A stretch of DNA of 64,000 bases from Entomortierella parvispora E1425 (lineage: Eukaryota > Fungi > Mortierellomycota): the NCBI GenBank assembly GCA_020891255.1, contig BQFW01000013.1, positions 1,922,001 to 1,986,000 on the forward strand, written 5' to 3'. Under the pieces are notes generated by a model, which worked only from the letters and a program-made list of their open reading frames with translations, searched no databases and was not told where the DNA came from. The position numbers were made by a program, and so were the translations under genes. Positions 26,618 to 39,700 of the stretch are shown here, piece by piece (within the stretch, counting starts at the first letter, position 1; the number at the start of each line of letters is the position of its first letter).

Positions 26618-28656
26618 CTACAAGCACGCCACAGGAGAAAAGAGACCGCGAGGACGAAGGTGATTATTTCGTATAGTTTTGCTTAGCAGAGCAACGACAC
26701 CGATTCGAGATTTGGGTCTAACTGTTTGTCTTTATCCATTAAAAAATAGCCTTGGGTGGGCCGAGCAACAAGAAATTCCGTAATTCTGATCGCTGGGAAC
26801 CATATGAGGCCTCTGATGGGAAGGTTGTTGAATTGCCTTCTACATTGTTCGACATTCTTAAAAGCACTGAGTTCGAACCGAATCCACGTAGAAACTTCGC
26901 TTACCTTAAAGGTAGGCTGAAAGCTGGCGACTCGATTATTGTGCCGGAAATGGGTCAAGAACCGAAGGATTTCGGGCGTCACATTGTGCCGGAAAAAAAT
27001 CGTAAAAAACGGAAGGACTTAGGGAAGCGCGATCAAGTTAATCAGCTTTTCGTTACGGAGCAAATGTTAGAGCTTTGGCAGGAGATGTATCTCAACCAGG
27101 ATGAAACAACGTATTTGCGAGTCCTTTCTGGTCCAATGGGTGTTGGCAAGTCGTACCTCTCCTATTTCCTTGCAGCGAAGGCGTATGCGGAGGGATGGCT
27201 TGTCCTTTACTTTTCGGATGCTAGCGAACTGGACACACGAGACGAGAATGGGGCAATGCTGGAAGTAGTTAAGCGATTCCTGGGCATGAACAAAGATATT
27301 TTAACTGGTGCCGACCTGGAAAAGCTTGTCAAGAATTATAATGGCTTAATCGATGAATTAACAGCTGCCGTCTCGACAATCTTTCGAGATCTACTCAAGT
27401 CTAAGGATCGGAATACGCTGTTGCTTGTTGACGAGCATGGAAAGCTGTTCGACCAAGAACCATACGTTCCAAACAAGTTCAAGTCACTGACTCCCCTAAA
27501 ATCGTTCACATGGTGGGGACAACGCGCCAAGGGGTGTCGGGTGGTATTCACGGGCACTGCGCATGCCAGGTACGAGATGACTATCATGGAAGATGTCTTT
27601 AGAAACCGGTCAGTGGTTTTTGTTGGCCCTTTCTCACAGACGGTGTTCCTCAAGCTATTGGACACGTACCCTCGCCTGAATCGGCCAGAGATCAAGCGTG
27701 AAGTTGTGGCGAGTACGAATTGCGTTCCACGGGAGCTTCTGTATCTGTCTGAGTCTGCTCAGGGTTCGGTATCTGTGGATGACGTTAAAAAGTGGGTGGA
27801 AACCCGAGCTAAAGAATTCTTGGACGTCGCACAGAAGTTCTACGATACTCGCAGTCTTTTCAGACAAAAGCTTTTCACCAAAGCCCTCTCGCAAACGTTT
27901 CTTGGGAGCTCACGGAGGAACGAATTCGAATGGGATTTTATGGACCATGGACTTATATATCGGACCAAGGAAGGCTCCCAAACTCGAAACCACATTTTAT
28001 GCCGTCCCGCTCAGAAAGCTCTTTTGGATCTCTTTAGATCATTGTCATTACCTGAGGATATCAAACGACGAATTAATATTGGTAAACTAGGTGGAGATGA
28101 TTTCGAGACAGCACTATTTCATCAACTCATCTGCGCCGACCAACCAGTTCTGCTGAATGCAACGGATCTTAACGGCCGAAACAAGACAACCATTAAACTG
28201 GAATTCGATGACTTTGATACCCTCAAGACCGACCAGACTTCTCTCGGACCTGGCTACAACAAAGTCCTATGCCGCGGGTATCAAGGATATCCACGATTTG
28301 ACTATATGCTTGGAGAAATATTTATCCAGGTATCTATATCCGATTTTCAAGTGCACAACACCAAGAATGCCGATATCCTCGAGGCTTTTAAAAAAGGATT
28401 CAAGGGTGACCCGAGTCGGAATCAGATCGAGTATTACTTGGATGATATGTATGGTCCAACGCACACTGCTGTACTTGACAGTCGAGGCAAGTTCCTGGTT
28501 AGGAGGAATGGTTCTGAATTGACAAAATTTCGCATAGTATACATTCGAGGCAGCCCAGGCGGACCTGCTCATAACAAGTTGGTCCAGAAGTTCAAAGACG
28601 TTGCACACATCTCATTCGAGGAGCTCAAGGAGACACTTTTCAACAACATAGTTTAA
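26187..28656 (+). CDS. Crinkler (CRN) family protein CRN1: ubiquitin-like header + P-loop NTPase + restriction-endonuclease-like C-terminus
   Basis: Header FCLVSGDPLSAAFNVEV..LVLWQ..YIIVERP; phase-1 introns at 26524-26617 and about 26661-26749; Walker A SGPMGVGKS, Walker B LLLVDEHG, and C-terminal GYPRFDYMLGEIFIQVSIS. The frame is open throughout. Confidence 0.85.
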
Positions 28657-28984
28657 TGCCCACCTCCTTTCTCTCTGAGGCGCTGATTTTTGCCGCTCGT
28701 TTCAGACGGAAAGTACAGATTGGCCATGGCATCGGTGGATTTGATAGGAAAATGAAATGTAGCGTGTAAACATGTGCTGAACGATCAGAATATACTTACT
28801 GGTATCTGGAAAGGGGCTGGCGTGCTCCATTGCTATTTGAGAGAAGGGGGCAAGGGAGACGGTAGGAAGAGGGATGGATGGAATCTCCTGAGATCCGGGA
28901 CTAACCCGTTACTGACATCTCGACAGAGCCGTTTGAGTCCAAAGAACACGAAGAGTCGCTACTGAGACTTGACTAACAGCTTGA

Positions 28985-29370
28985 GTCCAGAATCAAGGCC
29001 ATCCTGCCAGACACCCTTTCGAACGAAGCAACATGCTCAGCCTACGTCTGTCGTTCCTCACGCAGGCCATGCTGATTTTCAATGGCGAGTTGACACCGGC
29101 GCTCGAGAGAAAACTTCTAGCCAGGCATGGGCACAGCAAGGTCGATGACGCGATCGAGGCGCTTGCTAAAGATGGCACGAGACACGTACTGGGAGTCACA
29201 GAGGTCAAGCACTAGGATTATCGCAAGGGGCTGGCGTGAACAGTGTGCAATTGGACTCCTCGCTGACAGCAAGAAAGCGCAAGCGTAGCTGTGACGACGA
29301 TGGAGGAGACGAGCGGGAAAACGACAGTTCCACTCTCTGAGGGCGCATGGCATCGTCGCTTTCTGGAGTG
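28985..29370 (+). pseudogene. Degenerate CRN C-terminal REase-domain fragment
   Basis: Manual translation across frameshifts and stops gives LSNEATCSAYV..FLTQAMLIF..HGHSKVDDAIE..VLGVTEVKH*DYRKGLA*..VQLDSSLTARKRKR..RAHGIV. This matches the fungal CRN REase pattern (NEA..HG.VD.AI..GVTEVK..G.AQ..VQL.S). Confidence 0.65.
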
Positions 29371-29816
29371 CGCCATCGATTAGTTACAGGCGTGGCAGGG
29401 TGCCAGTCAAATAAAGAGCGGCTGTCAATAAGAGATTTTTGAAGAATTCCGTGAGTTGTGAGAATGCGTGAGAGCGCGCAAGCGAATCTCGCGTTGTAAG
29501 TTTACGTGTCGAAGTGAGTTTTTGTACGCCGCTGATACACAAGGCTTCTGACGCCCGTCTAATGATAATTTTTGCAAGCATCCGCAGTGTGAGTGTCTCA
29601 TTTCCGATCATACCTTGGAGAAGGTGCACAAAAAAAAAAAAAAAAAAAAAGAGTAGAAGTACAAATGGGGCTCCTGCAGGGGCTTATTCAGACTTTCTGA
29701 TGAGCGTCACCATCAAAGAAAATCTTGCATCTCTTACGTATCTTCTCCAAAAACACACAGACGGCATTCTGAACACCACGTTTTCTCCGCTCCCGATAAA
29801 AGTGAAATAAGCAACC

Positions 29817-31056
29817 ATGGCGGCAACCACATTCACATTCTACTGTCTTGTCAGTGGCAACCCACTCTCAGCAGCGTTCAGTGTCGAAGTATCGTCGGAT
29901 AAAACGATTATCACACTCAGAGAAGCCATCAAGAAGAGTCAAAAGGATGCACCTGAGTTCGGCATCCTCGCCAACAATTTAGTGCTCTGGCAAGCCACGA
30001 TCCCCACCGACAAAAATGCGGGAAACCAGAGAATAATCGCGCTTGATGGTCTGGACGACAAGACGCAGCTTGACGACCCAAGAATAAGCCTTTCCGAGCT
30101 ATTTCCCGAAGGCCTTGATGACAGCACATACATCATTGTAGAGCGACCCAAAGGTACATTTTCCAGCCCTTTCTTGCTGACCGACTCACTTTTATCTGGT
30201 GATCAATGTCATCGTATGCTGACAAGTACTCTGTCTTTAAAAACTAGGTACAGCCACTGCTCAGTTAGAGATGCCTTGCCATGCTCGAAAGCCGTCGAAT
30301 GGCGACTGTGAGCCCCTTTTCCTTTGATGAAATCGGTAACTGAATAGTGGTTCGCGTGCCTTTGTTCCAGCTGAGTTTATTTTAACTGGACTGACCAACA
30401 TCGCCTGTCAACGTATTTTTGCTAGATCTCATGGACGTCATCAAGGGAATACAGGAATGTTTTCATCCACGAGGCCGAGGATCAGATTCAGAGCCTAAAG
30501 TATCAAGCCTGATGCCTATGCTGGAGCATCCCTTGGATAAAGCCGCTAACGGAGTTATTGAGAATGTCATAAACTGCTTGGATTGGCAGAAAGACGAGCA
30601 AGTTCCAAAGGCATTGAGCTCATTCCTTGTTTGCAGTGGCACAGCTGGGACTGGTATGGATGCCCATCTCTGTTATATCATATGACAGTCTTTGATTACA
30701 ATCATACTAATAACTCGCCTATGATAGGGAAAACACGTTACAGTCAGGAGTTGATCAGCTACTTGCGACGTCATCTTTCGGAAAAAGTCAAAGAGAAGGG
30801 TCTCAATTACACGCCTCTCCAATACTACATGTTACTCGATTTCTGCAGAGATGCTATATTGCGTCAGGTTGAAACCAAACTCGATGCGGAAAACATTCTT
30901 GGTTTCCGTATGGCGTATTTTCATTTCTTCCAAGGCAAATACCGAGAAGCTTATCCTGAGTTCTACCACCGAGTTGCAGACTGCCGCGGGCTTTCACCAT
31001 CACCGGGAAGATACATTCTTTGCAAAATTCTAGTCTTTATTTTTGCATCAAAGTAG
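29817..31056 (+). pseudogene. CRN2: duplicated CRN header fused to a different, truncated P-loop NTPase
   Basis: Header nearly identical to CRN1. The downstream exons are unrelated to CRN1, with Walker A SGTAGTG|KT split by an intron at about 30653-30728. The frame degenerates and stops at 31056 before any Walker B or C-terminal domain. Confidence 0.7.
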
Positions 31057-31680
31057 CGATTGGTCACGGATCCGTAACAAATGTTATGTACTCTATAGGA
31101 AATGTCCTCCGACATCAGTGGAAAAGGGTTGCAGAAGTCTTCACCGTTTATTTATTTACACAGCTCGACAACCACTCTGGCTATTAAGGTGAGAGATTGT
31201 CTATTCGTGGGATGCAGGGCCCGAAGAGGAGGCGGGCCCTCCGTAGAAGCAAAAAAAAGAGACGCGCCCTGACCTCTTTAAACGGATTAGACGCGCTCCG
31301 CCCTGCTCTCTCGGGTCTAAAATCTTATGTGTCTTGCTTGTGCTATTCTTGTCGTCAGGACAGACGACATGGTCTTGTGGGCGTTGGTTTGCATCCCTTT
31401 CCTTCTTCTTCTCTCTCCCCTCGTCTCCCTCTCTTCTATCCCCTCTCGCTGTCCTCTTTTCCTCTTCTTTGCTCTCTGCTGCATCTCCTCGTCCCTCTCA
31501 TCCTCGTCCTCATCCCACCTGACCCGCTTTGAGCTGAATCTCCCCTCTTTGCATTGAGACCTTGTGAGACTCTCCAAGGTACAAGAGACATCCATGTCCA
31601 TCCATCCATGCCCATCTGTCCACGCACTCTCAAAATAAAAACTAACGCCGCCTCTTACTGTTCTTCTCTAGAACGAACGC

Positions 31681-34600
31681 ATGGTTGACCCACGCGGATT
31701 CCAGCCACCTTTCGGGAATGGCCCACCTCCTCCAGGATACCCTATGATGCCTCGGCCAGGACAGGGACAACAGGGACAGCATGGACATGGCCAAGGGCCG
31801 ATGCATGGCCCTGGGGGCTTTAATCATCCCTCGCCACAAATGCAACATCAAATGCCACATCACCCTGGATTCATGCCTCAGCAGCCGCGCCCGAGCTTTC
31901 AAGGATCAGGCGCCCCTGGACCTGGAAGTCCTGGACGCGTTGGAGCCGGCATGCCCATGCCCATGCCAATGCCAATGCCCCCACAGCACCAACATCAAAA
32001 TCAACAGCAATCGTCAGCCCATTATCCTCATGGCAATAATACTAGCAGTAATGCCGGCTTTGGCCCCAACCAGACCTACAACAACAATGGTCACTTCAAC
32101 AACGGCAACAACAACAGTGGACACTTCAACAGTAACAATAATGGTCACTTCAGCAACAACAATAACAGTAGCAATCAGTTTGCCCCCGGATTCCGTCCAG
32201 GTCCAGGTCCAGGTCAAGGTCAAGGTCCAGGTCAAGGTCCAGGGCAAGGGCAGGGCTACCCAGGGAATGGTATGGGCCACCGACCCCCTTTCATGCCCTC
32301 TCAGCCGGGCTTCGGACCAGGTGCGCCGCCCATGCCACAACCCGTACCCTCGCCAATGATGATGGCGTCCCAGTCACCACACCCTCATAGACATCAAGAC
32401 TGGCCAACGGTCGGCCGACCCCCCGCTCCTCCGCCTGTATACCATCCCCCGCCTGCTGCAGCATCCCCCAACTTCGGTCACAGCCCCGCACTCGCACCGT
32501 CTTCTGCCTTCCCACCGCGGCACGGTGCCCCACCGGTTGCTCAGCCAGGCCAGCCTTCATTTTCGGGAGTAAGTAGTGCAGGAGGGGGGACGCCCTATAG
32601 CCCTGGAGCCAATTCTGGACTGCCCTCTCCAACACCGACATTGAAGGCTAGCGTTCCGATGCAAAACAACACCTCGCCCTCCAATCCATTGGCAAATCCA
32701 ATGTCGGCGGCATCAACATCTTACAAACCGAAGACGTCCTATCAGGCACCGCCAGCGCCATCCCCAAAGAAAGAGGCTGCCGTCCCCTCTGGAAGCCCCT
32801 CTTGGCAAAACTCGTCATCAGCATCAACGCCACCATCTAGTCACAGTGGATACCAGGCATCTCATAGCAACCATCGGCCACACCTCTATCCTGCGGAGTC
32901 GTTTGATGCCGATGATAGACCAACTGAGCTCATCCCAATTGAAGACGACCGTCTTTCTCTGGTCTCACCTCAAGCTGCGACACAGCCATTGAAAGGGGGG
33001 AATGCATCACTTCTACAGTCTCCTTCGTCCACTCCTTCAAAGCCCACATCGGCTGAGGTCTCTCCTTCGCCCTCCTTCGCCACTATCTCATATCTTCCTG
33101 CCTCACCAATTTTGTCCGACACAGCCACCCGTCCAAAAGAATCGCAGGATGCACCCGTGTTCACGCCGACACTTCCTCCAAAATCTCCTTTGGCAGCAAC
33201 ACCCTTGGGAGGGCCAGCATTCCCTGCTGCAAGTTCTTTTGTTCCATCCACGTCTTACGTCTCTGCCAAGAAAGATGTCTCAAAAGTTACTTTGGCTCAG
33301 CCTGCCACCAATGCGAGCTACGACTCGGCTGTCAAAGTGGAGGTCTCTGAATTGAGACCAAACAGCATGGGGGCAGGTATTCACGGCGACTCGATAAAAG
33401 TTGAACTAAGTGATTTGCCATCCTCCGTTCATCCAAAACCTCAGCAGAGCTCTCTGGACAGTCCAATCTCGTTCGATGGCCTTATGGAGAGTTTAGAAGC
33501 CATGACAATGCCCAGCTCAAGTCAATCTTTTGCGAGTAGCAATAACGCTCAGCCCTCGCCTCAGCCAGTGCAAGGCGGAGCGGTAGATTATTTCAAGCCC
33601 CTGCCTGCAATAAGTGAAGACGGGCTAGCTCAGAAACGATACTCGTTAAGTGACGGTCCTTCTCCACAGCCGCCACCTGTGACACGTCTAGTCCCGAAGA
33701 GACCTAATAGCGCGTATCTACCACCCCCACCTCCAACCTCGGAAAAAGCTTCCCTTCCACGGAACGACTCTTACAACCCTGCAATGCCTGAGAACACCAC
33801 GCACTCTCCTGCCCAGAGTGTGGGAATTTCTCAACCTTTCGTTCCGCCACCACAGGATAAACCTCAGCCATTCACGCAATACCAACCACGGACATCACAT
33901 CAGCCAAACCACAATCATAGCCACATTGGTGGCGAGACTTTGCAACTCTTTACACGACCCGAGTTCATGCAAACACCTATTACTTCCATGGCAGCGTTCT
34001 CGGATAAGCCGGTGCAAAAGATACCCTCTATGGTCCGCCGAGGCAAGACTTTGAAAAGAGCAGCCGGTATAACCGGGGGCGTCGCCCCTCCTATGGACAT
34101 GAACCCCTCTCTTAACTTTAATGCACAGCTAATTACTCGGGACGATCTCTATCTATATCTATTGCGGCTGGTTCTCCTTGCTCAAGCTGATGAAGTTGCC
34201 CTTCCGCCCACACCCGCATTACCCGTCACCCTCGCTGTGCATAAAGATCTCGTAAAAGCTTTGCGTGCTCGAGTTAAAGATATCCTTTCTGGAAGAGACC
34301 AAACACCGGCTTACCAGGACACGGTCGTCAAAAAAGCGCTCTCAAACATGGAGCCAAAACAGTTCAAAGCATCAACAAATGCAGAAGAGTTGATGATGGG
34401 CTTTTCTATTGAGATGTCTCGAATTCAACAGACCATGAATATACCCACCAACAACCGTGATGCACAGATAGCCATTATGGTAGGCTTAATTCGGGATGTC
34501 ATCCGCCAGGACCCATTCGTTGGTAGTGATGCCGTACTCCAGCGACTGGATAAGCAAGTGAAGACGACCGCAGTAAAGCCTGGCAACGCTGTTGCTCAAG

Positions 34601-37600
34601 CAGAAGAACTTACCAAGGTGATCAGAGACATTTTCAAATACCCTGAAAATGTTCGACAGTCTCGAATGAATGAACTTCGTCGATCTTCATCGAAGCAGGT
34701 AAACTCCCCTTACAATTTTTTGAGAAACAGCTGTCGGTTGGTTGGAACTTGGAGGCTAATCTAACCCACTCCCATCCTCTAGGCGGCGATCGATGATCTC
34801 AAAAAGTGTATTTCAAACCTTGAGCTGGACTCTTTCCCATATCCTGGACCACCTGATTATCATTCCAAAGAACACCACGACGAGTTCAAAAATCGAGAGA
34901 GGTCTGCTCTTGGGGGGCTAGTCCGCGTTCTCTCAGCGGGCAATCCCAGTGTTGCATCGGCAGATACGCCTTCAAGACAATTCAACCCCGTAAGCCTTAT
35001 TAACACTTCGTACTGATAACCTACAACGACAGATCTATTGAATGTGTGATCTAACCACCGCCTCATTAACTGAAATAGAGCGAGTTTATGTTCATCCCAC
35101 ACGATCCCAAAGCATACTACCATCTTTTGCTCAACATGTGTGTTGATCACGCATTAACCGCAAGGCGCGAGAACGACCCCGCTTCGGCCCTTATTTCCCC
35201 GGCCGTAAAGGCCATGCTGATCGACTGTGGTGTTCATTGGAGGTTAACTTCGAGCTGGAGGGAAATCATTCTTATGGAGGTCGTGAAGGAACGCTACAGA
35301 GATGGTCAGGTATCCATTGCATTCTTGCTGGACTTCCTACATACTAAATTCTACAAGGACGGCGATGTTAACCAGTGGCACATTTCTGAGGTATTTGAAG
35401 AGTTTAAAGCTGGTAGAGTGGTGCAATGCCGTCGCCACATTCACTAACTGTCGTGATTTCTATAGGTTAATATGCTCAGTGATGTATACGGAGGTTTGAA
35501 CCACATGATATTCGATAACATTAATCATGACATCAAGAACTTGGAATCCATCAACATGGACTACTTCAGACCTATGCTGGATATTCTGGATATTGTTCAC
35601 CAACAAGAAGTGTATCAGAGGATGAACATTGACCTGACTCCATTCTATGAGGATATCAAAGAGACAATCTTGCTTCAAGCCATTCAAACTTATAACTCCA
35701 AAGACGAGGAAGTGCAGAAGGAAGGATACGAGAATGAAACTGTTCCGTTGACGAAGATGGCTTTGTACATCGTGTCTGACCATGGAATTATGAAGAAGCG
35801 ATTCCCACAGCCTCTTTTTGGGTAACATCTGACTCCTTGGGATACATTTATTTCCAGTACGAGCAACGAATAATATCTAACACTATCTGTTTTGTTTTCT
35901 TTTTTTCAAAAACCCTTTTAGAAGCGTGGACGTTGCAGCCATTGTTGTCGAGAGTAATCTCAAGAACTTTGTGCCACTGATGCAAAATATGGCAAACATG
36001 GATGCAACCAAACTGCCAATGGCCGACGTCTTCCCACTCTATCAGCTGTGCAGAGAACTGGTCGCACTGTTTGAAGTATATGCGCCAAGGTACGAAAAGT
36101 CAGAACCGACCGCGCGTAATGAAGGGACTAGACCCTGCCTGGTATTGATGCCTCTTCTTTGTAAATAATTTAGTTCAAGTGCGCACTTCAACATTTCCAC
36201 GTGGTTCAGACCTTACGTGCTCAAGTACTTGGAGACATTGGATAACTCTATCAACGGATGGGTAACAGCTGCAATTGAACAAGATAGAGTAAGTGCAGTT
36301 GTTTCACTACCCGATTCTTGAACTCTATCCGTCTCATATGCTAATATTATGTATTACAGTTTGAAGAAGTTAGTGTAGGAGCTGGACACTCCTCCTCAGC
36401 AAGTGACCTCTTTGCTTTCTTCTACGAACCTTTGACTTGGGCGAAAGGACTGAATTGGCCAGATGAATATCAACGCGCCACCTTCATTTCCAAACTAGCA
36501 AAGGTCTTCTGTAAAGCTGTTGATCTTTACGCCCAGGTTATGGAGACCAAGTTTAATGGCTTGATGCCTGCAAGTGTGACAGCTGTGACTACAACGGAGG
36601 CGAAAACATTGGCTGAGCAGCTGGCATCATTTGCATTCAGGTCAGAGACAGCTGAGGCCAAAAAAGCCGATCAGTTCGTCTTTACTCCAGAGGTAAGTCT
36701 CCTTGTCGTGCGTCGTATCTGCTCTCTTTGGGATGATGCTAACTTTGTACTTGCTTTTGTCGTATAAAGATGTGTGTTCTAGTTAACAACATTGTGGCCG
36801 TCAGACAGAGGTTAGATGAACTCTATCGCAATATGGACGTTGACGAGATCGCACAAGTTCTTCAGGAACATGGGACAGAGCCGGAGACAGATCCAAACGA
36901 ACCACATCAATTCGAGATTGTATTTGTCGGGGCTGAGCGACTTCTCCCCATGGATTCAAACGATGCGAGCGACCCATTCGTGGTTCTGAGCCACGACGGC
37001 AGGGATGTGTTCAGAACACGGACCATTTATGCAAACATTAATCCCAGATGGAACGAAGTCTACAATGTTACGTTGACCAGGGAGATCAACTATCTCATCC
37101 GGATCTTTGATGCCGACAAAATGCACAAGGATAGACTCTGTGGTCGACAGGTATTGAGTATCGACCCTGCCGACTATGAGGACTACATGCCTCACGACGT
37201 GTGGCTTGACCTCGTACCAATCGGTCGTCTCTTGCTTCGTGTAACAATGAAGGGAGAGCGGGATGACATTCAGTTCTATTTTGGAAGGACATTCAGGTCA
37301 TTGAAGCGAAAGGAGGCTGATTTGAGCGGAATGATTGTTGACGCGGTACGATCCAATGAACATGATGCTGCTGATAGAACCATTTGTTCTATGTCTGTTC
37401 TGCTATATATACTGATTTTTTGCCTTGTGTTTATACGATTTAGATGGTTCCAAGTATGCAGGCTTGCTTGACTGAGAAGATTCTATTCAATAACTTCCGA
37501 TCAAAAGCAGTCTTTTCGTTTTTCAGTTCTTCTGTATCCTCATCGAAGGTCACCAAGGTGTCGGACGAGGATTGTGATAACGCTCTCGGGGCACTCATTG

Positions 37601-38294
37601 ATTACTTGGAGGCCTCACTACCCATCCTGTACGACTACCTTACCACTGAGGGAATGACGATGGTGATCACTAGACTCTGGAAGGAGATCTTGACCACAAT
37701 CGAGTCTCTTCTCATACCGCCTCTCTCGACAGAGGTTTTTGGAAAGACCCCCTTGACAGAACTTGAGATGCACGTTGTTTTCAAGATTATCGAGGTAACA
37801 CGTCAACATGGAGGTGGATCAGATTTTTTTCTTGGTCACTTCGCTAACAGTTAGTCTATTTTTTCTGCTTATAGTTTATTAAGCTTTACTTGAACGGCGG
37901 TGATGCTGGAGACGGGTTCCCGCTGAAGGTTCTAGAGATCCCCAAGTACAGGGACCTGCTCACGATTCGGCCCATCTATGATTCTTCCACCTCTGAACTC
38001 ATGACGGAATACAACCGATCTATTTCAATTCCAGGCCGAGGCCGTCTTGGACGGCAGCAGAGTGACTTTGACCGGCGATCTGCAGGAGCTGTCAGGCGCC
38101 CTGGAATCGACTCGATGACACCCAACCCCGAGACCGTGTTGAGAATCTTGCGGACGCGTGATGAGGAAGGTGTGCAGTCGTTTTTGGAGTCGGCCATCGA
38201 GACTCAGTCCAAAGCGCGTGAAGCTCGGGCCCAGGCCAAGAGGGACCAGATGGCATACCAGCGCCAGATCATGCGAGCGAACCAGATGCGTTAA
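31681..38294 (+). CDS. Munc13-homology (MHD1-C2-MHD2) protein, YOR296W/Git1-like, with very long Pro/Gly/Gln/Asn-rich N-terminus; multi-exon
   Basis: C2 domain FEIVFVGAERLLPMDSNDASDPFVV..RTRTIYANINPRWNE..IFDADK, followed by MHD2-like LIDYLEASLPILYDYL..LWKEILTTIESLL and preceded by helical MHD1-like exons. Confidence 0.8.
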
Positions 38295-39700
38295 ACAGTT
38301 TTTTCTTTGTATTGCCTTTGCAGATGAACATTTAAATATCATAAACTCCGTCTTTCGCAAAAGCAACTTTCGAAACTAGGGACTGGTGACATGCTTGCTT
38401 TCAAAATAAGACCCCTTCAAATTCGGGCTCATAACACTGCTACTCTGACCTTCGTTTGATATTTTTAGCCCGCATTCGTGATGAGCGGTCAGAAACACTC
38501 AAAGTTCTGGCAGATCGCTTTCTTCAGCCTTACATTGTCACATTGTCAGCACTGGGCTCGTGCAGGCTATGCAATATCGCTAGTGTAGGGTGTGTTTGTT
38601 CAGGATAGATCAAGGCATGGATCTTGTGCTGGCGCTTTCTGGAATTTTGGCACATTCTCCCAAGCCTTGGGGTCAAAACAGAAGGTCTCGTGGGTATAAC
38701 GAAACACATATGAGCGATTTCCAGTCTTTCGTCATCTTGGATGTGACAAACCACTAGGATGCCCCTCGATATTTTTTTTCCTTGGCCCCTTGAGAGGCCT
38801 GGACGACTACACAGCAATTACCCATAGAACTTGCGTTTTGGGGAATAAGCCCTTCCTATAGGGGCGGACACTAGAGGAATGGTTATCATTTAAATAAGAG
38901 CTCAAAATTGCTATAGAAAGAGAAGGATGAGTCGGGCAGGAAGTGCAACAACATTTTTTTTTTGTGGCTGAGCGGAAAAAGTCATCAACTCTGTATCATA
39001 TCAAGGGAATGACTCGGCAGAGCGGACCAGATGCTGCATTTGGGTCTTCTATCCGGACAATAGCATGTTTATAGTTAGCAAGCAAAATTCTAGAAAGCTA
39101 TGCTCAGTGAAAAGGGGTACCATGTATGATTACTGTCAGTAAGTGAACATTGGGGCAAGAGCAAAAGCCCGATCGCAGATAATAGCATTGAGGATTCAAA
39201 GATTTTTTTTTTGCCAAAGGCGAGATCGGGCGAGACAGTTACAGGATCGCAGCACGAGTAGATACAATACTATTGTAGGAACGTCGATTCCTCTTGATAG
39301 CTACTATTGCCACAATAGAGCTGTGCTGTAAAATATAGATCGCTAGGAGTGATACCAGGCAATCGGATTTTCGGCAATTGGATGGTCGGTTACAAGATAT
39401 TCAGTACGTACCAAGGAGCAAGTATCAAGCTGCAGACCGCCGACTAACGCAAAAAAAAAAAAAAAAAAAAAAAAAGGGCGGAGTTACTCGTAGAAGATAA
39501 CGTGGAGACGGCAGAGATAGAAGGGCGTGTAAAGAGGGGGTGACAGTGACAGTGTACAAAGGGGGGATAGTGCAGAGAGGATGGAGCAGTGTGGTGGAGT
39601 AAGAAGGAGTTTCGTTATCCTCCCAAAATTCGTTGGCTGGATGTATAAAAACCGAGCAGAATTTTCGACTCTTTCACATAAACGCTCCTCACAAACCATC

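Noticed and set aside
38530-38817. 95-aa minus-strand ORF, and the 70-aa ORF at 43788-44000, in intergenic DNA
   Set aside because: No recognisable motif or splice context; they could be decayed fragments but are unsupported.
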